Notes: a model not told the origin generated them from the sequence alone. DNA of 63,900 nt, filler included, from Octopus bimaculoides (GCF_001194135.2; 5 parts of 5 records of this genome joined end to end with filler, not necessarily neighbours in it); one strand, 5' to 3'. Shown: positions 37,442 through 51,910, counted from the whole stretch's first letter. A program made the numbers and translations.

Positions 37442-39213
37442 ATTTTTTTCTAATTGCAACTCGTGAGCTGCGGCCATGCTGAAACACCACCGTTTGCATT
37501 GCTACACTTTCAGTAAACCTCCTCTGATGTGTGGCATGTGGTGAATGAGGGAGTTTGATGTTGCTGCCCTTATCTGCGCTTCTTACCATGAGGTAGGTTC
37601 ATCCGGAACTCTTGACAGGAGGAGATCCAGTTTTGTTTTGAAGACACCTATATCCACCCCATGTAGGTCTCTCAGGCTTTTGGGGGATTATATTGAAGAG
37701 CTGTGGGCCCTTGAAATCCAAGGTGTAGTTTTTTCTGGTCCTGTATCCTGATGGCAATGTTTGGATCTTCGGTTCTGCAGTTTTTGTAAATGACAATGCT
37801 AAAGTTTGGTACAAGTTCTAGGTTTTTGCACATGTATATTACTGCATGTCTTTCCTGCCTTCGTTCTACGGAGCAGAGTCTTAACCTTTTCAGTCTCTTC
37901 CAGTAGCTGACAAGTTGCATTGTGATGATCTTCTTAGCGTAGCTTCGCTGAATTGCTTTGAGTTCCATCGTTAATTTCATACTGTGCGGTGACCATAGTT
38001 GGAGGCAGTAATTTAAACGGGTGAGAACAAATGTCCTCCAGAGGACCATCATGGTTTTTTGTTGCCTTCTTCTGAAAGTTCGAAGGATTCATCCGGCCAA
38101 CCGTCTGCGTTTTATTGCCAGCTTAGTAATATGCGCCTGGAAAGATGTTTCGTTACTCATGTCGATGCCCAGATCGCGCATTGCTTTTGGACCAGTATAT
38201 CCTGTCCGCTTTTTATTGAGCTTCGTTTATTGGTAGCGCAGAGCTTGGAATTTTGCAACATTAAACTGTATGTTATTTTCCAGCATTAAACTGCATGTTA
38301 TTTTCTTCAGCCCACCATATTGCGTCCAACTCCCACTGCAGATGCACATCTCCAGGGTCCTGTATCGTCTGAGAGATTTTTGTGTTATTTGCATAGCTAG
38401 AAAGGGTGGATATCTGATCAGCTGAGGGCATGTCTGAGAGGGCTACTATGAATAGCAGCGGCCCAAGACAGTGCCCTATTGAGCACCACTCATTATCTGT
38501 GTTTCCTTGGAGGTGGTCCCGTTATCCACCACTACCAGACTTCTATCTTTTAGAAAGTCATGTAGCTATTCTGCAAGTTTTCCAACTATGCCAAGATTAC
38601 GCAGCTTGTGTTATATCATATCATGATCGACTTTCTTAAAGGCTTTTTTTTTCAGAGTCGAGATATATCGCGTCCACGTTTGAGTTGTTGAGCAACTGCT
38701 TTAACACCTAGTCTTATTGCTGCAAGAGCTGTGTCGGGCAGCTTCTAAAATGACTTTGTTGATGTGTGAGGTCAGAGAGGTAGGCCTATTGTTTTTAGCA
38801 TCTGCTCTGCTTCTTCTCGAGAGCTTACCATTTCCAAGGAAGCTCTTAAAAAGGAGCTGCAGTGGTTCTGCAAGGGCTCGTTTGCATGATTTGAGAAGGA
38901 TTACTAGGAATCCATCGAGCCAGCGGCTGAGATTGAGTTTACGTCATCTATTACCAGTATTACCTCCTCTTCTTTGATGCTGACGTAATAATTATTACTG
39001 CCTCCCTTTCTACATCTGAAGCGGTAAAGAATACTTCTACTGGTTTGCTAACTTGCATGTGCCGTAAGGGTACGGGGAAGACACTTTTGAATTGTTCATT
39101 CAGAGTTTCACTTATCCTCATTGAATTTCCTGTAAGGGAACCATCCTTTTAGAGGAGTGGCCCTACCTTACAATGCACGGGGGCAGTTTCTTTGACGTAC
39201 TTAAAGAAGAACG
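37442..39213 (-). mobile_element. 5'-truncated CR1-clade LINE (linker, RT, thumb, 3' UTR)
   Basis: Minus strand: FFKYVKETAPVHCKVGPLL*KDGSL...LNEQFKSVF; NNRPTSLTSHINKV; DFxKAFxKVDH-like region; GTVLGPLLFIVAL; SYANNTK (YADD); LWRTFVLTRLNYCLQLWSPH...VERRQER. A-rich tail at 37442-37449. Confidence 0.88.
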
Positions 39214-39289
39214 TAATACAGATGAAATCCCGCTAAGTATTTTCTCCGGCATGCTGACGATTCTGCCATCTCGCCACAATAATTTTGGA

Positions 39290-39701
39290 GGAGGAGATGA
39301 GTCGATAATATTGACCCCGGTGTTTAATTGATACTTATTTCATCGACCCCGAGAGGATGAAAGGCAAAGTTGACCTCGGCGGAATTTGAACTCAGAACAT
39401 ACCAACGGGCGAAATACCACTAAACATTTCGTCCAGCACGCTAAAGATTCTGCCAGCTCGCCGCCTTAACACAATGATAATAATAATGATTTCAACATTT
39501 GCAACAAGGCCAGTAACTTCAAGGAAGTGGGTAAGTCGATTACATGGACCCCAGTGCTCAACTGGTACTTATTTCATTGGCTCTGAAAGGATGAAAGATA
39601 AAGTCGATTTCGATGGAATTTAAACTGAGAACATTGAGACGGACGTAATGCCGCAAAGCATTTTGCCTGGCGTGCTAAAACGATTCTGTCAGGTAGCCAC
39701 C
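39290..39701 (-). mobile_element. Two tandem SINE family 2 copies (39290-39465, 39480-39701)
   Basis: Both read gacccc.gtg...ggtacttattt..tcgaccccg.aaggatgaaaggcaaagt.gacctcggcggaatttgaactcagaac...ttctgccagctcgccgcc. Confidence 0.85.
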
Positions 39702-39702
39702 T

Positions 39703-40340
<638 letters not shown>

Positions 40341-40370
40341 AATAATAATAATAATAATAATAATAATAAT

Positions 40371-40579
40371 CCTTTCTAATATAGGCACAAGGCCTGAAAC
40401 TTGAGGGAGGGGACCAGTCGATTACATTGACCCAAGTGTTTCACTGGTACTTAATTTTTCGACCCGAACCGATGAAAGACAAAGTCGACCTAGGCGGAAT
40501 TTGAACTCAGAGCGTAGCAACGGGCGAAATACCGCAAGCATTTCGTCCAGCGTGCTACCGATTCTGCCAGCTTGCCGCC
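40371..40579 (-). mobile_element. SINE family 2, complete, with ggccttgtgcct...aaagg(att)n tail
   Basis: A-box-like TGGCAGAATCG and B-box-like GAGTTCAAATTCC on minus strand; embedded in AAT arrays (40341-40370, 40581-40718). Confidence 0.88.
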
Positions 40580-40721
<142 letters not shown>

Positions 40722-41533
40722 TGAATTCTTACCGGTAAAATATACCAACCTTATTAATCAACATTTTGTACTGTTCATTTAAACTATTCTTTTTCGACCG
40801 TATATCTAATATTATTCATTTCACTAACACTTTCACCAAGCACAGACACAGAAATGCGCATATGTACACACAAACACACACACACACACACCTTTGCGTG
40901 CTTATGTATATGCTTGTATGAGTCTATGTGCAATAGATATGTAAATATTTGTGTATAGAGATACCTTTATAGGCGAATACATTTATATATGTATATGCAT
41001 ACTTATATCTATGTAAATATGTGTGTTTATGTTATGTATGTGTATATATATATATGCGTGTGTGTGTGTATGTATGTATGTATATACATACATACATATA
41101 TATATNNNNNNNNNNNNNNNNNNNNNNNNNNNNNNNNNNNNNNNNNNNNNNNNNNNNNNNNNNNNNNNNNNNNNNNNNNNNNNNNNNNNNNNNNNNNNNN
41201 NNNNNNNNNNNNNNNNNNNNNNNNNNNNNNNNNNNNNNNNNNNNNNNNNNNNNNNNNNNNNNNNNNNNNNNNNNNNNNNNNNNNNNNNNNNNNNNNNNNN
41301 NNNNNNNNNNNNNNNNNNNNNNNNNNNNNNNNNNNNNNNNNNNNNNNNNNNNNNNNNNNNNNNNNNNNNNNNNNNNNNNNNNNNNNNNNNNNNNNNNNNN
41401 NNNNNNNNNNNNNNNNNNNNNNNNNNNNNNCGTATACATATTTATACACACATAAACATATATATGCACATATATAGGTACATATATTTATATACATATG
41501 TATAGTTTATTATTTGGGTTTTTCCCTTCCCTT

Positions 41534-41590
<57 letters not shown>

Positions 41591-42955
41591 TTATTATTAT
41601 TATTGATTTCCTTCAGCCATCTTACACTTAGGTTTCTCCTTTGACAATATTTCCATTTCAGTTTAGTCCTCTCGATATTGTTACTCATCTTAACTCGTCC
41701 TTCTTTTGGTTTTTACACCTAACCACATCTTTTCTTTTTCTAATTTCTTCTTTCTTTGCTTCCTCTTTGTTTTTATTTATCTAGAATATCTGTTTACTTT
41801 TATTTTTTATTTATTTATTATTTCTGACATCTTTATTTTTCTCTTACTTTCCATTTCTCTGAATCTATTTCTTCAAAATTCCATTCTCTCTTTATTTCAT
41901 CGGTGGAAACTGAAGAGATTTCCCAATAGAAATTTCCCAGAAGAAATTAAAAACGTAGAGTAAAAGTAATTTCTATTCTAACACCTTTACAATGCATGGC
42001 TGCCGGCTTCTTTGTTTCCTTTGAAAATCTAATCGTATTTTCAGATAAACAGTTATATATGCAGCGTGACGAATGCGTTTGCGGTTAACGAGTTGAAATT
42101 TCGAGTAGCTTGCACAAATAACGTACACATGTTATCAGAAAGCCTATGTCTTTCTTAGTGACTACAATGATAGGTGTCATTGTATAGTATAGCAGGTGCT
42201 ATTCTTCTCCTCTATGTGTGTCAAGGTTGATAGATGAAACTCTACAAACTAAACTGTTCACTTTATTCATTACTCATTCAAATTATGTAAATTCTATACG
42301 CCTCAGTCTGTGCTCCGCAGTCATATCTTTCTATCTATTCTCGACTTATACCATGAAATATCCTTCATATATTCGAAAGCTTTGTTAAGTTATTTGAATA
42401 TGATTTAATACTATACTAGTAGACATTACACCCATAATATTCAAGTTGTCACAAAATCACAAGATGGGATATTATTTAATGAGTAGCTCTCTGTATATGA
42501 TGTGTATTTATTTTATCGACATTGCAGAAGAGAAATCCAAAATCAATGAGTAGTCAAGAAGCCTCTACTTAGTTGCTCAGTTTACTAGAAAGAGCAGCTA
42601 AATTTCTCTCATTTAACAGTGTCTTAAAAAACGTCTTTTAAAAAAAAAAAAGTTGATGTAGTCTTCGATTTTTATACTATTTAGTTACTTTGAGAAAGGT
42701 AGCACCATGACATTTTTTTTTCGGGGTTTCCAAGATAGTTGGGGACACGGAATGACCTATTATCAAGCCCAGAACCTAGTGCAAATGTTTGTAACAGGCT
42801 GAACTCTGCTACAGGCATTCAAAGACCAGATGGTTGTATCAAACAGGGCGATGGATTAAGCCAAGCATCCAAAGTTCAATGTACATGAATAAAAGACGAG
42901 GTGGTCACCATTGGAATGCTTTAGTCTTAAGTCTACTTGATTAAAACCGAGTACA

Positions 42956-42956
<1 letters not shown>

Positions 42957-43015
<59 letters not shown>

Positions 43016-43023
43016 ATAGATAA

Positions 43024-43090
<67 letters not shown>
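42957..43090. repeat. (ATAG)n tetranucleotide microsatellite
   Basis: Long near-perfect run. Confidence 0.95.
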
Positions 43091-43295
43091 TGCTGGAGCA
43101 CTGTCTTCAATTGCTTTCTGTCAATCATATCAATCACACGAATTAATGATTTGTGACTCATTTCAGTTTGGTATTTATGTTATTACTTATTTATTGAAAG
43201 GTTACGTTACTATCTTTGATATAGAGAAAGGTAACTCGATACCAGTGTATATATACTAGTTGGGATAAACACACACATATACATACCACATACCC

Positions 43296-43338
<43 letters not shown>

Positions 43339-43673
43339 NNNNNNNNNNTATACCCAAAATTTTATAACATCTTTCTGACATAACAATTTAAATATATACT
43401 TTAACCATGTAACACAAGCCTTCTGTAGTTTTTTTCACTCTTGTTTATCTTTTATACATCCAACCATGTGCTTTCACATACCAATCTTCGAAACGTCTAG
43501 TTAGAATAGAGGCAACTGATGAATAATTCCAAGTGGCTTTCTGTTTTCCTATGTGTTCGTTCCGTTGTCTGTAGTTCATTGTTCTAACGTCCTGTACCCT
43601 GATATGCATCTATATACACATGTAGATGTATGTATATACATATATGTGTGTATACATGCATATATATTCTTTG

Positions 43674-43709
<36 letters not shown>

Positions 43710-44684
43710 GTACTTATGTATACACTGCAATATGATACGCACACATGCACCCGCACACGCACACAAACATATACGCACATCCACATAATCCAGTATATCG
43801 CCATGTGGTCTTTGTATACCAAAAAGTATTCGTTTAGGTATACAAAGGAGTTCGTTCTGTTGCAAACATTCAGGCCAGATCTGATCAGCAGATGATATCT
43901 TCTCTTCCCTTGCTATGATCAGTTTCGAAGGACCTAAAAATGTCGTGGGCACTATCCTCCGCCATCTAAGTTTTTCACAAATAAGGATAGGAAACAAAAT
44001 ACAGAAACAAGGCAATAAAGTTGATCTCACCTTAATTTGAACGCGGAACTTACAGAACCGTGACTAATTATCGTCGTAATTTGGTCATTCTGACATCACC
44101 TAAAACTACCAAAACCCATCGAGTAATCAAATTCGGAACTAATAGTGAGAAAGAAATTAATGTTTTTCCAATATAATGAATATTTCATTGTTGAATTGAA
44201 AGGTAATTAATTCTGCAAACAGTGTATTAAATAACAATTAAAATACCATGTAGCAAAGAACTGGAACTAAATTAGTTCTGCGAGAAACATTCATGAAAGA
44301 TTATTATTGAAATACATGTGGATGTGCGTACGTGTCTGTATGCGTACGTGTCTGTATGCGTACGTGTCTGTATGCGTGCGCGGGTATGTGTGCGCATATT
44401 ATATTATATTATATTATAGTGTAAGTAATGTATGTGGTATGTATATGTGTGTGTTTATCCCAACCAGTTTATATACACCGGTATCGAGTTACCTTTCTCT
44501 ATAGCAAAAATAGTAACTTAGCTTTTCAATAAATAGGTAACAACATAACTACCAGACTGAAATAAGTCATAAATCATTAATTCGTGGGATTGATATGATT
44601 GACAGAAAACAATTGATGACTGTGCCCCAGCATATCTATCTATTTATCTGTCTGTCTATCTGTCTGTCTATCTGCCTGTCTATG

Positions 44685-44742
<58 letters not shown>

Positions 44743-44748
44743 CCTTTA

Positions 44749-44820
<72 letters not shown>

Positions 44821-45255
44821 GACAGAGACAGAGAGAGTTATGTGTGTGTGTAGTGTAAGAAAAGTGTGATATTTTATTTAGTTTATTTAAATAAGAATTA
44901 TAACAATAAGTACCGCTAAGTCAAGTGACTCTCTATATGGTCGTTCAATTTGTTAGAAATAGAGCTAAGTATCCCTGGTTACTAAAAGATCAAAAAGGCA
45001 CAGTAAATATTATAATCCTACATAGCCTTAAATTTATGGGATAGTCACGCCTGGAACTATCTACTGTATCGGATATGACTTACAACTAAACAACAACTCT
45101 TTTCTTTTCAAATTTTGCAATGGTTTCTTTCTTCTAAGATTTGAAAAACAAATGTGAGAAAATTCTCAATGACCTCTTAAAGCTTGTGCCACATTCGTTA
45201 CTTGGTCTCTTCTTTTTATGGAGAAAAAATATCCCCGCGCTGAGTCAATCAATAA

Positions 45256-47576
45256 CACTGGTCAACAAAATTAAATGTACTGTACTCATTATGAGTGCAA
45301 ACCAACTTTTTTAGATTAATTTTTCATGCTGATTGCAAAATTCCACTGCATTTGTATGCAGCACGTATCAGTTTTTCAGTAGATATATGAAAATATTTAC
45401 ATATTTGTGTATATGAAATCATTAACGTAATAAATAAGGACATATTTTTAGAAAGTAAATGAGTTTATTGAGTTAAAAATCATCACTATCATTCTACAAA
45501 GAGTGGATACACAAAAATTGGGTCAGACAAAACAAAGAACAACAGAGTTAGAAACATTGTGATTTGAATTTCCTACGGTGTTCCTGGTCTGGCTAATCAC
45601 AGTAAAGTGTCTAGCAGTAGTCAGCCAGCATACTGTCATTCCAGAAGCCTTGGCACCGTTTTCCCATAGCACTAATGTTCTGGTGAAATCTTTCCCCATG
45701 TTCATCAGACACTGCTACAAGGTTATCTGCGAAGAAATCCTGATGGGAGTCCAAGAAGTGAACTTTCAGTGACATGCGACAACCCATTGCTGAGTAATAT
45801 TTCATTAGATTCTTGATGCCATCCTTGTAGTTCATTACCTTCTTGTTGCCCAAAAAATTCTCGAAGATTCAATTGAAAGCATTCCAGGCAGGCAGTTCCA
45901 TTTCATCCAGTGTTGTCTTGAAGTTGACATCTTTGAGTACTTCTCTAATTTGGGAGTTCGACAAAGATACCCTCTTTCAACTTCGCCTGTGTGATTTTGG
46001 GAAACTTTTCTACAATATAATCAAACCCTCTGACATTTCCTAGTGTCTTTACAAACTGTTTTATCTGTCCAAGCTTTACGTGCAAATGAGGCAATAGGAC
46101 ATTACATGGATCTACAAGAGGTGTATTCTTGACGCTATAGGCAGTCCTGGCTGGTATGATGCTCTTGTCTGCCAGTTTGATTCCGAATAATGTCTGTCAG
46201 TTGCCCGACTATCCCATAGACACAAGAAACAGCAATATTTTGTGAAACCTGACTGCATTCCCATTAACATTCCAATGACTTTTAAATCTCCACATATTTT
46301 CCATAAGTATCTCTCATAGACAACGGCATGAAGTAAAAGTTCCATATTCTCATATGAATCATGAAGATGAACGGAGTGTGCAATAGGAATGGAGGGCTTC
46401 AAATTACCATTATGGAGAAGTACCGCTTTTAAACTTCGTTTTGAAGAGTTAGTAAACAAACGCCACTCTGCAGGATTTTGTGTTAAACATTCGATAAGTC
46501 CATCGATGTTACTGCAAAAGCAAAGCGGGCCTTCAACAGAAAAATACGTTTGTAGAACCCCATTTCTCTGCCGAAAATAAGTTATACGAATACCGTTCTC
46601 TAACAGATACTTTTCTTTCAGTCTTGATGCCATCAGTTCTGCTTTATCTTTTGAGAGGGATAGGCCTCTGACAAGGTCATTCAGTTCAGCTTGGGAAAAT
46701 TTCTGAGATTCAAAGCTATCAGCCACGTAATCTTCCTCAACAGCACTATCGTGACAGCCAACATCATCATCTGATGTTTTAATACCATCACCTGGTGGAA
46801 CTGGAATAAACAGACTTCCATTGCAGAATCCAAAATGGGATACGTAATTTTGTGTTTACTCTTCATAGAAAATCCTGTAACATTTACTTTGAAAAAATAA
46901 CAGTCATTCAAATGGTCTTTTGGCTCCTTCCATATCATTAGAATGGCAAAAGGCATGGACTTCTTCTTATTGTCAGGTAAGCCATTTGAGCAAGCTGAGT
47001 AGATGAAATGTGATGCCCATAACTTGTCCTGATCTCCAAGAGGACAGTCAAAGAATAGCTTATAAATTTTCTTGATCTGTGTTAGTGTACGTCTTTGAGT
47101 TTTCACAATAAATTGTCAACAGACATAACAAAACACATCAGGACGATTTCTACACTGTCTTGACATTGTTAATGCTGTAAAACAGGTAAGGAAATAAATA
47201 CAAACGGTTATACTTATATTGAATTTGAGGTGATGAAATATTTCATTAGACCGATTATGATTGGACAATTTGAGATGTTGAAATACCTGTTTCATCACAC
47301 AAAACTTGGTTTGTCAATTTAAGATGAAATATTGCATCTAAACTATGCAGCAATGAATAATGTAGTTTATTTTAAAGGTATGTTTCTATGATGTAAATGA
47401 AATACGTGCATACATGCCATTAGTTGGAATTTCTATAAAATGCATGAGCTAAAACAAAAAAAAAAACTTTCTCATCTTGAAAACTGTACGTGATGTCAAG
47501 AAACTAATTGTATATTTTAAATCAGCGCTAAGTAAACCTTGACATATGCTTGATAAAAAATACTTGTTGACCAGTA
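45256..47576 (-). mobile_element. Near full-length Chapaev3-like (CMC) DNA transposon, 2.3 kb, inactive
   Basis: TAA|CACTGGTCAACAA at 45253 and TTGTTGACCAGTA|TAA ending 47579 (TIR plus 3-bp TAA TSD). Minus-strand transposase: MSRQCRNRPDVFCYVC, WKEPKDHLNDCYFF, FSQAELNDLVRGL, EWRLFTNSSKRSLKAVLLHNGN, ICGDLKVIGMLMGMQSGFTKYCCFLCLWDSRA, FLDSHQDFFADNLVAVSDEHGERFHQNIS...MLADYC. The central catalytic region is partly deleted. Confidence 0.88.
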
Positions 47577-48467
47577 TAATTAGAAGGTAGGACAAATGAT
47601 ACACGCCGATAAACATAAATCTATGACCTTTCACGCCAACAACATAACGTCTTCGTGATTGCTCGGCCTCTAGGAGATAACGGTTAAATTTGTTCGAGTC
47701 ACTTTGTGTCTCGCCCCCACCCCGCGGTCACTGCTGACCATGTAGCTGCACATGCAAGTGCAAGATTTGTTTTGTAGAAGGCAAGCATCTCCTATCCGTG
47801 CCACCGATGTTGTACAAGAGAAGGGTCGCCATCTTAGAGCCGATACAGCTTGCCACCAGTGTCCTCGTAGACGTTGCTGTCAGAACACTAAGGACCGGAA
47901 TTGATTGCACATGTCATTTCTGACAGTTCTGTCTATACATCGCTCTGAATTAGTACGTCTTTTCATGGACCTTGCAAGGATGAAAGACAGTTGATCTCCG
48001 CGGGTTTTGAACTCAAAATGCAGAGTGTTGGCGCTAGTAGCGCGCGACATTCTATTTAACGATCCGACGATTCTGCCAATTCGTCACCTTGGCCACACGC
48101 AGTTATCTTTAAAAAAAAAACAATAATAAATTGAGTAATCCTTGATAAATAAGATAGGATTTTCCCACCCACAGCAACTTTAATCACAACCCTGCTTTAT
48201 AACGAGCAACAACAACACCAACAACATCGATTCTGGTATGAATTTTAAATCAATTAGATATTATAGAATATTGCATAATCATAAAATGTAAGATATAATT
48301 GTTACAAAATACTGTATTTGTCTAATTTTGAGCACAACAGTGAATCGCATTGCTTGACATTCTACAAAACTATATTATTAGTGGAACGATACGTTTCTAA
48401 TAACGTGGTGAACTTAAACTGGTCGACTGAATAAGTCTAATACAAAATAGCAGGAGCAGTTCTTTCG

Positions 48468-48630
48468 AGGGCTTCCACGCAGTTTCTGTTTTATCAAATT
48501 TCACTTGCAAGGTTTTGGTCGACTCGAGACCAAGGTAGAAGGCTTTTATCCAAGCTTTTACAAAACGTGATCGAAACCGAAAGGACGTGGCTACAAAGCG
48601 AACTCTTGAATCACACGGCTATGCCTGCAC
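48468..48630 (-). mobile_element. Old SINE family 1 copy
   Basis: gggcttccacgcagtttctg..tatcaaatttcacttgcaaggttttggtcgactcgag...aatcacacggctatgcctgc. Confidence 0.6.
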
Positions 48631-49699
48631 TCATATAAACATTCAAACCAATAATATTGTTTGGAATAAAGTATAATACAGTCCTTCTCTCATAACACGC
48701 CCTTTTCTTTTCAACTGTATTTTGACAAGTTAGTGAGAGGAGGTGGGATAATATCTAAGATCTTTGCACCCTCACACAACTCCACTTCAGACTGGGAGAC
48801 TGTTTTACAATCTTGCAGGTTGATGGCCAGTCTGAACATGTGATGGTAAATATTAGCAGAAAAAAAACTTGGACAGGAAGGTGGGGGTCGAAAATCTGGT
48901 CAGAATACTTGCAGCAATTTGAACTTCTCTCAGCTAATTAATGTATCAGGAAATTGTGTTAAACTGGGCGCCATGATAGAACTAGGGTCATGGCAAAGTT
49001 CTGGAGTGAAGACAAGGTCTCAGTCAGTCAATATCTACCATGAAGTTTATTTATCAAAGAAAAGCTAAACAAAAGTTGATTACAGCCACCACCACAACAC
49101 TAACATAACAACGATAAAGAATTTGGAAGAAAAAACTTCGAAATAAGAGGCAGACATTTTTTCTCGTTTTGCTTTTTTTTTTTCTTTAATGATTTACAAC
49201 TTCTATGAAAGCACTCATACACATTCCTAGACATATGTGTATTTGTATGTAAATGTGCGTGTGTACGTCGCATGTGCGTGCGTATAAATAGGTGACTAGG
49301 ATGGTAGGTTTTATGAATGATTGATTGGTAGATAGGTAATGTTTCTCTGAATTGATAATGGATGATTTATTACCGTAAGATTTGTCGAATTAATCAAATG
49401 CTTACATCTAAAACAGAATTGTTTCTATAAACAATATTATTCTCAGAGAAGAAAAAAGATTTAGCAATTGTTAATCTATAAAAACTGAAAAGATGTCATG
49501 GGGGTTAAATTAGTCGAAAAATCCTATGATCGATCTTATAGTAACCTCATGACACTGAAACCTTCGCCTCTTCTCAAATATATTTTTCGTTTATTTTTGA
49601 TATTTGTATATCTTTTTTACCTTTTTATATATCTCTAACTGTAACGCAGTGACGAAATTACTTTGGAAAATGTTTCAAGCTATAAGACAGAGTATGGTC

Positions 49700-50404
49700 C
49701 GAAAGAACAAACGAACGAACGTACGTAAGTACGTACGTGCGTACGTACGAATGAACGAACGAACGAACGAACGATCGAACGAACGATCGAACGAACAAAC
49801 GAAAGAACGAACGAACGAACGAACAAAAGAACGAACGAAAGAACGAACGTACGAACGTACGTAGGAACGAACGAACGTATGTACGTACGTACGAACGAAC
49901 GAACGAACGAACGAACGAACGAACGAACGATTGAACGAACGAACGTACGTACGTACGTACGTACGTACGTACGAACGAGTGAACGTGCGTACGTACGTAC
50001 GAACGAACGAACGAACGTATGTACGTACGTACGAACTAACGAACGAACGAACGAACGTATTACGTAAGCAGTAAATAACGAAAGAACGTACGTACGTACG
50101 AATGAACGAACTAACGAAGGAATGAACGAATGAACGAACGTACGAACGAACGAACGATCGAACAAACGAACGAATGAACGTACGTACGTACGACCGACCG
50201 AACGAACGAACGTACGTACGAACGAAGGAACTATCGAATAAACGAACGAACGAACGAACGTACGTACGTACGAAGGAACTATCGAACAAACGAACGAACG
50301 AACGAACGAACGAACGAACGAACGAACGAACGAACGAACATACGTAAGTACGTTCGAACGAACGAACGATCGAACGAAGGACAGGACGTACGTACCTACG
50401 AACG

Positions 50405-50435
<31 letters not shown>

Positions 50436-51203
50436 GAAACAAACGAACGAACAAACGAACGAACGAACGAACGAACCAACGTACGAACGTACGAACGAAC
50501 GTACGTACGTACGAACGAATGTACGTACGTACGAACGAACGTACAAATGAACGAAAGTATGTTCATACGTCCGACGTACGAACGAACGAACGAACGTACG
50601 TACGAACGAACGAACGAACGAGCGAACGAACTACGAACGTACGAACGAACGAATGAATGAACGAACGAACGAACGAACGAACGAAAGGAACGAACGAACG
50701 AACGTACGTACGAACGAACGTACTTATGTACATACGTACATACGTACGAATGAACGACCAGACGAACGAACGAACGTACGTACGTACGAACGTACGAACG
50801 AACGAACGTACGAACGAACTAACGAATGAACGTACGTACATACGTACGTACGAACGAACAAACGTAAGAACGAACGTACGTACCTACGTACGTAAGTACG
50901 TACGTACATACGTACGAATGAATGAACGAACGAACGAACGATCGAACGAACGACAGAACCAACGAAAGATCGAACGACCGAACAAACGAATGAACAAACA
51001 AAAGAACGAACGAACGAACGAACTAACGAACGTATGTACATACGTACGTACGATCGACCGAACGTACGTACGAATGAACGAATTAACCAACGAACGAACG
51101 AACGAATGTAAGTACGTACGAACGTACGAACGAATGAATGAACGAACGAACTTACCTACTTACATACGTATGAACAATCGAACAAACGAACGAACGAACG
51201 AAC
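49700..51203. repeat. 1.5-kb CpG-rich complex satellite of interleaved AACG and TACG tetramers
   Basis: Gap-free array of aacg/tacg with variants aatg, atcg, aaag and aact. Confidence 0.95.
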
Positions 51204-51510
51204 GCTAGGCACGCTATTGCGACGGCGGGTAGAGATTTATGTTGTGGAGCTTACTTTTGTCGCCATTATTTCGTACTTAAGTGTTCAGGTTTGTTGTTTC
51301 AGCCGCAAGTACGTACTTATGGCAGCAGCGACGCAAATACTGCCGCAGTTTCGTATAAACGTGCATCGGCTGGTATTTACGACTTAGAATACGTAGCTGC
51401 GGCTTTGGGCACGTTTTTGCGGCGCTAGGCAAGCTGTTGCATCACCAGGTACAGATTAACATTCTGGAGCTTGTTTTTGTCGCCATTGTTTCCTACTTAC
51501 GTGTTCAGGT
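51204..51510. repeat. 220-bp direct repeat (one full unit plus 87 bp of a second)
   Basis: 51204-51290 gctaggcacgctattgc...ggagcttacttttgtcgccattatttcgtacttaagtgttcaggt matches 51424-51510 gctaggcaagctgttgc...ggagcttgtttttgtcgccattgtttcctacttacgtgttcaggt. Confidence 0.8.
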
Positions 51511-51910
51511 AGATCGATAGATATATGGAGAAATAACGCGATAGATATATGGATAGATAGAACCATAGATATATGGATAGATACAACGATAGATATATGG
51601 ATAGATAGATACAACGATAGATATATTGATAGATAGAACGAAAGATATATGGATAGATAGAACCATAGATATATAAATAGATAGAACGATAGATATATGG
51701 ATAGATAGAACGATAGATATATGGATAGATAGAACGATAGATATATAAATAGATAGAACGATAGATATATGGATAGATAGGACGATAGATATATGGATAG
51801 ATAGAAAGATAGATATAAGAATAGATAGAACAATAGATATATGGATAGATAGGACGATAGATATATTGATAGATAGAACGATAGATATATGGATAGATAG
51901 AAAGATAGAT
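51511..51910. repeat. 24-bp minisatellite (ATAGATATATGGATAGATAGAACG)n
   Basis: Roughly 16 tandem units with point variants. Confidence 0.92.

Noticed and set aside
48821-48847. 27-nt micro-exon candidate (ttgcag|GTTGATGGCCAGTCTGAACATGTGATG|gtaaat)
   Set aside because: Such AG/GT pairs arise by chance in 64 kb; no partner exons or homology.
49675-51208. Long ORFs (183-288 aa) such as FVRSFVRS and NERTNERT
   Set aside because: These are translations of the AACG/TACG satellite, which lacks stops in several frames; there is no coding signal.
49700-51910. Regularly spaced repeats superficially like a CRISPR array
   Set aside because: Eukaryotic context, no unique spacers and no cas genes; these are tandem satellites.
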